This document shows positions 46,584 to 64,000 of a stretch of DNA of 64,000 bases, piece after piece (position 1 is the stretch's first letter; each line of letters begins with the position of its first letter). The DNA lies in NCBI RefSeq assembly GCF_009914755.1, contig NC_060940.1, one strand, 5' to 3'. Under the pieces are notes generated by a model. That model saw only the letters and a program-made list of their open reading frames with translations, was not told the DNA's origin and did no database searches. The position numbers were made by a program, and so were the translations under genes. Source of the DNA: the human T2T-CHM13v2.0 reference genome, Homo sapiens.

Positions 46584-48635
46584 TCACATTCAGGACTCCT
46601 GGGTAGGACACTTCTCACAAGATATAGTGTGTAGTTGTTGGGGGTTGTTTGTAGCTTTTGGCAGATGTGCCAAAATACACTGTGGGTATAATCCATCAGA
46701 ACATCGCAGGTCCTGCTCCATACTGAGTTCATGGGCCCAAGGTCTAAGGAGCCAGTATGAGATCCCATTCCACAGGCTGCCCCACTCAAAAGCATTTAGC
46801 ACTCTCCCACAACTCTGCCTAGAAGAGCAAGGACACAGTGGGGTCCTGTTCCGACAGAGAATAGGATGCAGAGAGCAGCACAGAAGGCAGAGCTCAGGAT
46901 GGGATGGTTTTCTTGGGCTCTGACATGGCTCCCCTCCTGTGGGTTGTTTCTCTAAGAATTCTTTCAACAGTTATCTTGTAGACTGGTTCATTAACTTTGC
47001 TGGCATGGGAAGATGTGTCCTAGAACCAAGGGGCAAGCAGGGCCTGTGTTTATCCTAGGCCCCAAACCAGAGAAGCACAGAGTCCTTGAGGTTCCTACAC
47101 CAGTGCTGGCCAGCTCAACATCACAGGGTAGGATGGCACCCAAGTTCCATTATGTGAAGCCACAGCCTAGGGTTCCCACCTGAATCCCTTAAAGGTAGCA
47201 ATGGTAAAATACCCTGTATGACACACTTTTGAACTCGAGCAGCTCTGAAAGATGGCAACTGACTGATTGTTCTCACAGGCCTCTCATTCTCCATCTGTCT
47301 TCTACTCCATAGCTCTATAATCAAGAGGGTGCTTAGCCAGGGTGCTCCACCCCAATATCCTTGCTGACTTTGCCAGTCACCAGAGAGGTAACTACCAACA
47401 GGACCAAATGTGCAAACGGGCAGGGCATGATTGAGATACTGCCGTGAGCCATGCAGCCTTCGGAAGCTGAGAGATGCTTCTTCATTCCAGACCAGCCCCA
47501 AATCCAACCGGTCTCCTTGCTCCTAGGGATGACATGTGATTTGGATACCAAGTGATTCCAAACACACCTCTCACAGGGCTTGTGCCTCTGGCGCCTGCCT
47601 GACTGCTCTGAACAACTATCTAAAATCAGCCCAAGCCTGTAGGTATGCCATCTATGACTAGCCTGAGTGACACTCTCCTTGACTGTGCAGGAGGCAACCC
47701 AAATCCCTGAGAGCTCCTGGCTTTCACATTTCCAGCCTCTCACAGACTGCACTCCCCGGCTCCCCCTATTGCAATTCTTTCCAGTCCGCCTGGGATCTAC
47801 CATTTGTCTTCCAGCATCACCCTCCTGCTTTCCCTGCCATACTTCCTCCATAACCCCATCACTGCCCTTCCCTTCTTCAGCTGTGTATGTCCCCTCTAGA
47901 CAGTGCCATATGCAAGGAACACGTATCATTCATTTCTGTGTCCTTTGCAGAGAACCTGAGCACCTAGTGGGTGCTGAATAAGGTTTCCTGAATGAATAAT
48001 GTAATTGTTTGTTAAGTCAGGAGGATACTGAAGCCTGAACATCAATCTGCTAACACAAGTCTTGTCAGAGACCACAGCTTCATATTTATGCATCCAGCAA
48101 CACTATGATTCTCCAGTGAGAGAAAGACACCAGCTTAGGAAAACAGGTATCCAAGTCTCTATCGAGGACAATCAATCCCGGTGGCTCCCAAAATGTGAAA
48201 TGCCAGAAGCACAGTAAGCACTTAATATAGCGAAAGCCCATGCTGACAGAGATGCCGAGAGGATGTTTGCAGTCATCCCTGCCAACACACAGATAAAGCA
48301 GGCGCTTTAATAGAAGACATTCAGGATCCCCCAAGCACAATTCCCTATATTCCCTCCCCAGCCAGTATTTTACCAGAGTTGACAGTGAGTGCCAAAAATG
48401 GCTGGCTTAGGTTTTGGCAACTTGCTCTCGAGGAAGAAAGGCAGCACCCCTGACCACACCACCTACTTCCCTCAGGCAGATGCCTCATAATCCGGAAAGG
48501 AACAGAGAGAAGGTGCAGTGAGAGAGCTGGCTGTAGAAGACACAGACAGAAGGCACCTTCCTTGAAGGGGTAAAATGTAAAAAGCAAATGTACTTTAAAA
48601 AGAAGAGTTTCAAAGCATCAGCTCAAAATAACTCA

Positions 48636-50630
<1,995 letters not shown>

Positions 50631-50999
50631 TCACCTTTTTGCTTCATTGCCTGCTGACGATGGGAACACCTCATTCTTCAGAAATAAAGTATTGTGGCTC
50701 CAAAGAAGAAAGCCACAGCTCAGGGTCCAAGCATTAATTAGAGAAGAGTAAAAAAGAACCGGAGATTTTTCTCATTCATCTTGGGCCTCGTTTTTTTTTT
50801 TATCTGTAGAGTGAAGATGTAATAGGCCTGATCACCTAACAGTTTGTTCTAAACATCAAACAAGCTCCCATCAGGAGGCAGGCCCGGTGTACACAGTTGT
50901 ACACTCCACTCCACAGGGCTCCATTCTCAAGAACAGGATGAGAATGGCACACTATAATTGGGTAACATGATGGCTCTGACTGGAAATAAAGTACTTTTA

Positions 51000-51330
<331 letters not shown>

Positions 51331-51795
51331 CTATTGTTTTTCCTTATATAAGAGATACAACTTTATTTCTCTATTTCTCTATGACTGAACTTTGTTTGTT
51401 TTTTTTTTCTTTTTTTTTTGAGACATAGTCTCACTGTGTCATCCCGGATGGAGTGCAGTGGCGCCATCTCAGCTCACTGCAACCTCAGCCTCCCAGCTCA
51501 AGCAATTCTCCTGCCTCAGCCCCCGAGTAGCTGGGATGACAGGCACCTGCCACCACGCCTGGCTAATTTTTCTATTTTAGTAGAGACAGGGTTTCACCAT
51601 GTCGGCCAGGCTGGTCTTGAACTCCTGACCTCAAATGATCCACCCACCTGAGCCTCCCAAAGTGCTGGGATTACATGAGCCACCATGTCTGGCATGACTG
51701 AACTTAATTTCTATTCCTACCTCATCATTCTAATTTTCCACCATCAGTTTGGACCACATCAGCTGATTTAAATAGCCTTAAGGAAACTGCTGTGA

Positions 51796-52103
<308 letters not shown>

Positions 52104-52297
52104 AACTGCTGTGAGTTCTAAGTTTGAAAGTCAACAGTGCTTCAGAGACATTAACCCTAGGCCATGAGCAAACTGACTAGTCATGTTTCCTGCATTTAAA
52201 CTTCCAATTTACATGATAATTTTTTCTGTCTTGACATATTCAATGTACCTTAATGAATCTCAAATAAGCCCAAGTCTCCCTTGGGAAAAAAACGTCA

Positions 52298-52663
<366 letters not shown>

Positions 52664-54955
52664 TTAGTCACATCCAACTGCAAAATCAAGGATTTGGGGA
52701 TGGTGATACAAAATGCCAATTCTGAAATATTCAGTGTGAGCTTTGTAACATCGGGGCAGCAAAGACATTCCCCTGGGCATCTTTAATTGCACCAAACCCC
52801 TGAACAGGTTTTTTTTTCTTCTTTTTTGAGACAAAGTCTTGCTCTGTTGCCCAGGCTGAAGTGCAGCAGTCTGATATCACCATCTTCTGAGCTCAAGTGA
52901 TCTTCCCACTTCAGCTTCCCAAGTAGCTGGGACTAAAGGCATGTGCCACCATGCCCAGCTACTTTTTAAATTTTTGTAGAGGTGGGATCTTCCTGTGTTG
53001 CCAGGCTGGTCTCAAACTCTTGGGCTGCAGAGATCCTGCTACCTCGGCTTTCCAAAGTGCTGGGATTATGGGATTACAGTCTTGAGCCACCATGTCTGGC
53101 CCTTAAACAGGTTTTTAAAAAATACTAAGGTTTCAATAGTTCTTACCATGAAGAAAGCCACTTTTCTTATGTATCTTACATTTTCAGAATACCAGAAGAG
53201 TTGAACTGTGTAACTTCAACATAGCTGACCATTAGAAACAGCTATAACTTACAATACTTATCACAGTCCTCATTAGAAATGCCTAATGAGCTGGGCACAG
53301 TGGCTCATGCCAGTAATCTCATCACTTTGGGAGGCCAGGGCGGGTGGTTCACCTGAGGTCAGGAGTTTGAGACCAGCCTGGCCAACATGGCAAAACCCCA
53401 TCTGTACTAAAAATGCAAAAATTAGCTAAGGATGGTGGTGCACCTGTAGTCCCAGCTACTTGGGGACTCGTGCTAAGGCATGAGAATCGCCTAAACCTGG
53501 GAGGTGGAGGTTGCAGTGAGCTAAGATTGCGTCACTGTACTCCAGTCTGGGCAACAGAGTGAGACTATACCTCAAAAAACAAAACAAAACAAAAAACAAA
53601 AACAAACAAAAAACAACAAGCTTCCACCCTGGCCAACATGGTGAAACCCTGTCTCTGCTAAAAATACAAAAATTAGCTGGGTGTGGCAGCACGTGCCTGT
53701 AATCCCAGCTACTTGGGAGGCTGAGGCGGGAGACTCAGTTGAACCAGGGAGTCGGAGGTTGCAGTAAGACAGAGCGAGACTCCGTCTCAAAAAAAAAAAA
53801 AAAAAAAATGCTTAATGAAACAATTGAATTTTATAAGAACATGCTGTTTCCACACAGCTGAAGCTTGTCAGCACTAAGTAACCAGGCTGGTCTTGCCCAG
53901 CACCAGATGTATTTCCTTATTATCCTCACTCTTGTGGACTCAGTCTCATCTTTTGGGGATCCCAAGTCACTTGTGCAGTGTTCACGGCCTATTCCTGCCT
54001 AACACAAGAAAGGGTCAGTGGTACAACATCCACTTATTGGCATACAATATTCACTAATCCAGCTAAGGAAGGCCATTAAGGTGACAATGGTCCGAGCCTC
54101 AGTTAAGCCAAGTGACCACAAAGCCCACAGCTCTGCACCTTTATGTGGGCACTTCAAGGCTCTCATGTTGGTCCAGAGAACAAAAAATGCAACAGTTAAA
54201 GCTACCTTGAGCCAGAGAAGAAAACAGGCAGCTCTACCCTTCTAAGTCCAGTAAGACTGAAGGATCAAAGGCCTTTTACTCTCACCAACATGCTAAGTAA
54301 ATTCAAACAACAGGACTGAAGAGGACCTAGAGAAAGGTCCTACCTGCTCCTCTTCACCCACAGAACACGTTTCAAACATTTCAAACCACGAGTTTTTATT
54401 TACAAAGATTTGACGTTACTATTATATGAGCTTCTGAAATTATCTGAGAGCTCTCTGTCTTTCATGTAACAGTGAGCAAACTGAAAACTAACTGATTAGG
54501 CCCTAAAGTGCAGATGTGATATTTCATCTCTACAGCTTCTTTTTTTTTTTTTTTTTTTTTTTTTGTGATGGAGTTTCGCTCTGTTGCCGAGGCTGGAGTG
54601 CAGTGGCACAATCTCGGCTCACTGCATCCTCCACCTGCCGGGTTTAAGTAATTCTCTGCCTCAGCCTCCTGAGTAGCTGGGATTACAGGCACCTACCACC
54701 ATGCCCGGCTAATTTTGTTTTGTATTTTTAGTAGAGACAGGGTTTCACCATCTTGGCCAGGCTGATCTTGAACTCCTGACCTTGTGATCCACCCACCTCA
54801 GTCTCCCAAAGTGCTGGGATTACAGGCGTGAGCCACAGCACCCGGCCTACAGCATCTCTTTAATTAAGCTCATTCATATACCTTCACTGTCAGGCTAAAC
54901 GCGATGGCTTATGTCTGTAATCCCAGAACTGTGGCAGGCCAAGGCGGGTGGATCA

Positions 54956-55168
<213 letters not shown>

Positions 55169-55179
55169 TCAAAAAAAAA

Positions 55180-55182
<3 letters not shown>

Positions 55183-55226
<44 letters not shown>
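55183..55226. repeat. (CA)22 microsatellite arising from an Alu tail
   Basis: Direct reading; abuts the A-tail of the Alu at 54892-55180. Confidence 0.97.
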
Positions 55227-55229
<3 letters not shown>

Positions 55230-56859
55230 TACTTCACTGTTAATACAAATAATCTAGTCAAGTAAACCATACTCCATTTTGGATAAAAACAGAGAAGAAC
55301 TCCTCCATGTGGTTGTTGAAGGGTCTTTAAAGGAATCAAATATTCTCACATTTTTCTCTTTAAAAGCACTTTTAACAAATCTTCAAATCAATAAAATATA
55401 CAATGGCTTAACTGGGCAAGATCTAATGCCCGAAGATCTCGTGAGGCACTCAACTAGGGCTTCCCAGACAGTGAGAAGCACAGAGCCTGGAAGGGCTCAC
55501 AGGTAAGCTAAGCTACGGTTGGAAGGTGGAGGCAGGAAGTTCAGACAGCTGGCTCCACGAACCTCCACCCCATTACCTCGTGCACTGTAAACTTTTCTGC
55601 TGTTTTTTACCTGTGCCATGAGGAGAAAATAGTTCAGAAGCCCTAGATTATTCACGCTCTAAAGGAATGACTTAATTGTGGCTGCCCAACAATAGGAAAT
55701 TCACATTTTTAAATAACTTAGCATTTTATTTTATTTATTTAATTGTTTTTGAGATAGAGTCTTGGCTCTGTTGCCCAGGCTGCGGGGCAGTGGCACAATC
55801 ATGGCTCACTGCAGCCTCGACCTGCTGGGCTCAATCAATTTGTCTGCCTCCGAGTAGCCAGGACTACAGGCATGTACCACCATGACTGGCTAAATTTTTT
55901 TAGAGACAGGGTTTCGCCATGTTGCCCAGGCTGGTGTCAAACTTTTGGTCTCAACCAATTGGCCCACTTCAGCTTCCCAAAGTGCTGGGGTTACAAGCAT
56001 TGAGCCACTGCGCCTGGCCAACTTAGCATTTTAGAAAGCAATTTGGAAAGCAGAGCAAATATACATAACATGAGTGAAAAGGCAGTATTAAAAAGAGGAA
56101 GGACCATGTAAGTTGGATAGTAAAACGTGCATTTTTTCTTGGGTATACACATACTGCAGTGTTAACAATTTCTCTCCAGATGGTGAGTATTTCACAGCAG
56201 GGGACATCAGCCCACTTGGGGCTTCCCTTTGGAATCAGATGGGAGTGGGTACAAGAAGATCACAGAGCATCTTCACTGCTGCTGCTGCTTCTCTCTCAAC
56301 TTTTCCCTCCTACCTCATTTATTGGTTTCACAGTCCTGAGAAGACCCCATAGTCCTACATAAGCATAAGAAAAGCCCCATATATAAAACAAGAAAGAGAA
56401 GACTAAAGTACAAAAAAGCGCCACCTTCTGGTGGCTATAGGGGATGCTTTCCCTTTCACTCAGATGATCCCTGCAGCCAAACAGCTGCCACAGACACAAA
56501 ACCACTGGGAACCTAACCCTAAAAGAGACTGGCCGGCCATGGAGCAGCTTTCCAAAATCATAAGAATGGAGACTGGTGTTGGACTGGAAACCAGGTTGAA
56601 TAACAGCCCTTCACTCCTTCCATATAACATCTAGAGTCCAATTAATCTGGAAAGCAAGAGTCCTCTGGGCAAGAGGATAGCCAACTGCTTTATTAAAATG
56701 TAGCCTAAACCCAGTACTAACAAAGGCTCCTCCAACATACAACACAAAGACGTGGCTACCATTCCAAACATCTGAGAAGGGGTGGTGACAGCAGAGAGGC
56801 CAATGGAAAACCAACCAGAGTCGTGGGACATGGTTCCAGCAATTGCTAGCTGCCCTACG

Positions 56860-57255
56860 GTGTCCTCTCTCCTCTTCCTCCTTATAACCAAACTGAACTT
56901 TGATATTTAGAACACATGGCAACCCAAAGTAAAGATTACATTTCCCAGCCTCCTTAAGAGACAGCAGCCCCTGCAGCCCTGCATTTCTCTTCCTCCATCC
57001 TGCTGACTGGAACACGGATGTGAAGGCTAGAGCTCTCAGTCAGGAGGAAGAGAACCACACCCTAGAAATGACAAAGCAGTAAGCACAAAGGAGCAAGGTC
57101 CTCCAGCTGTCTTCCCAGGGCTCTAATTTCCAGTCCTCAACTACCTACACCTCCAGATTTCATTTACAGGAGAGAAATAACCCTCAGTCTTGTTTAAGCC
57201 ATTATGTTATCTCAGGTTTTATGTCACATGCAGCTGAATCTAATCCTAAATAACA
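56860..57255. mobile_element. MLT1 (MaLR) LTR relic
   Basis: ACATTTCCCAGCCTCCTT..GAGAGAAATAACCC..TCTTGTTTAAGCCAT..CATGCAGCTGAATCTAATCCTAA motifs. Confidence 0.75.
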
Positions 57256-58723
57256 GCCATCAATGACTAAATCACAAAATAAATTCAGTGTTTCATGGAA
57301 ATTTAAGCCCCCCAGAAGCAGGCCTTTTATTTACTGTGTCTCCAGCACCTAGAACCTGGTACCTGGTACAGTATAGGGCAGACACTTTCCCTATCTGGGA
57401 AAAAACAATATTGGCTCAATCTCTCTCTTTTCTGTCTTAACAGATCTCTACAAGGTTATCACTCTAAGAAAACAGCTTCAGAGAACTGAAGTCACCAGTA
57501 CATTAGCCCACTCATCTGGGTACAAAGCTGTCTGTGCAGTGGATGAAAGCAGGTCTTCAGACTCAGAACTATTCAGAGAAGTTGTCCTTAAGGGCTCTAT
57601 TTCAGGAAAAAAGAGGCATTATCTAGAAAGGTCAGTGGTTGAAGACACATGAGCTGAGCTGCATAACAATCACAGTAGCACACATGCGGGTGACCAGGGA
57701 AATATACACATGCACAACAAACCGAAGAATACAATGTTAAACTCATTGTTTTAGACAACGTGGGACAGAAGCAAGATGAAGTACTGGACAGAAAACACAC
57801 TGCGAGAAACTTGATTTAAAAAGCGCATCAAAATTTCTGAACCATTCTGCCAGTAAGTGTGAAGATCCCGTGTGCCATGCCCGAGAAGCCCTCATTAATT
57901 CACCAGAGGGGGTGATGTCATCCTGTGAAAATACGCCAGGCTGGGTCAAGCTTGCCCCGGCCAGGACGGCTGCTGCTGCTGCCATGGCTCCAGCCCCTGC
58001 CCCTCCCATTTCCCTGGCAAGTGGACAGAAGATGATGTAACTGCACAGAAGCAAGGGAAAGGAAAAACAAGCTTCTGAACCACATTAAGGAAAAAAAAAC
58101 CCAAACAAACTTCCTTTAATTTGAAAGTTCTTTGTTGTCAAAAGGGCTTGGATGTCCTTAGTCTTAAAATAACCTTTCATGTTAATTACAAAAAAAAAAA
58201 AAAAAAAAAAAGACCCTCCTATTTCTAACTAAAATCGTATTTTGCTGGATTCCAAAATGAACTAAGGAGCTGAAAGCTTTGTCTTTCTTAGGACTTCCTC
58301 TAAGCCTGCCAACACGAGGGTCCATAGGGCCTTAATGGAATTCCAGGGCAGTAAACTCAAGCTGCAGAGACCACAGCAAACCCTCACATCCTCTGATGTT
58401 AACTCAGCAGACAGAGAGTAACAGAAAAGCACAGAGATCCACAGAACTTAACACATTTTAGGGAGTGAGGGAAGAACTCTTATTTGAAACGGAAACCAAT
58501 GAAGATAATAAATATTGATTTGTTTTCTTCAACTTGTGACACTTGAGTTAAAGACTGCTTTGAATACTTTTGACTACTGAGTTTACAAGAGGAACTCTGA
58601 AATAAATGGTGCAAACAAAACAAAACCACGAAGCAAGGGAAGCCTCTAGGATTGGGAAAAGGAAAGTGATTCAAACCATCTAAAGAGACTCGTGAACTTC
58701 CCAATTAAGAAAATTATATTTTA

Positions 58724-58981
<258 letters not shown>

Positions 58982-59167
58982 CTAGTTACCACCTGACAGT
59001 GACCATCAGCATAGCTGCAGAAACAGACACATCAGGAAGATCTTGAAGGTGACAGCTATGAATTCTAAATAGAATGCAAAATTTGGAAATCCAAACCAAA
59101 AAGTGCCCAAGTGCTCAGGAGACAGCAATCCTTGGTCCTGGTGCCTTTAAAACTACAGTAATATAGG

Positions 59168-64000
<4,833 letters not shown>

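Noticed and set aside
46656-46675. Palindrome TTTTGGCA-GATG-TGCCAAAA resembling an NFI site
   Set aside because: The spacer between TTGGC and GCCAA is 6 nt rather than the canonical 5, and one 8-bp inverted repeat in 64 kb can arise by chance.

Overview
Primate, almost certainly human, genomic DNA from the CMTM4 / DYNC1LI2 locus (16q22 from prior knowledge). Both genes lie on the minus strand. The window holds CMTM4 coding exon 1 (12634-12819) in a CpG island, with about 12.6 kb of its intron 1 to the left. An Alu-saturated intergenic stretch of about 24 kb follows. The right part holds DYNC1LI2 exons 4-13 (exon numbers from my recollection of the gene) and its ~2.8 kb 3' UTR. All ten exons splice at GT-AG boundaries into one continuous reading frame. 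Nearly all other ORFs in the track are Alu or GC-content artefacts. The most notable observations are: (1) DYNC1LI2 intron 6 is a U12-type minor intron with a strong U2-type acceptor, opening on TGA, 31 nt upstream of its 3' splice site; (2) further candidate unproductive-splicing elements in DYNC1LI2 (a poison exon, a duplicated donor, and a long pyrimidine tract with a UGC acceptor); (3) a CGG-repeat-preceded uORF (MRRPR*) in frame with the CMTM4 start; (4) a complete plus-strand intron just upstream of CMTM4, suggesting a spliced divergent RNA; (5) a ~40-nt LTR-like RNA retroposed with an A-tail and target-site duplication (TSD); (6) two inverted Alus 6 kb apart sharing a 122-bp identical tract with private mutations. 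I see no clear evidence of a wholly new multi-gene system. Repeat family calls are by eye and their boundaries are approximate.
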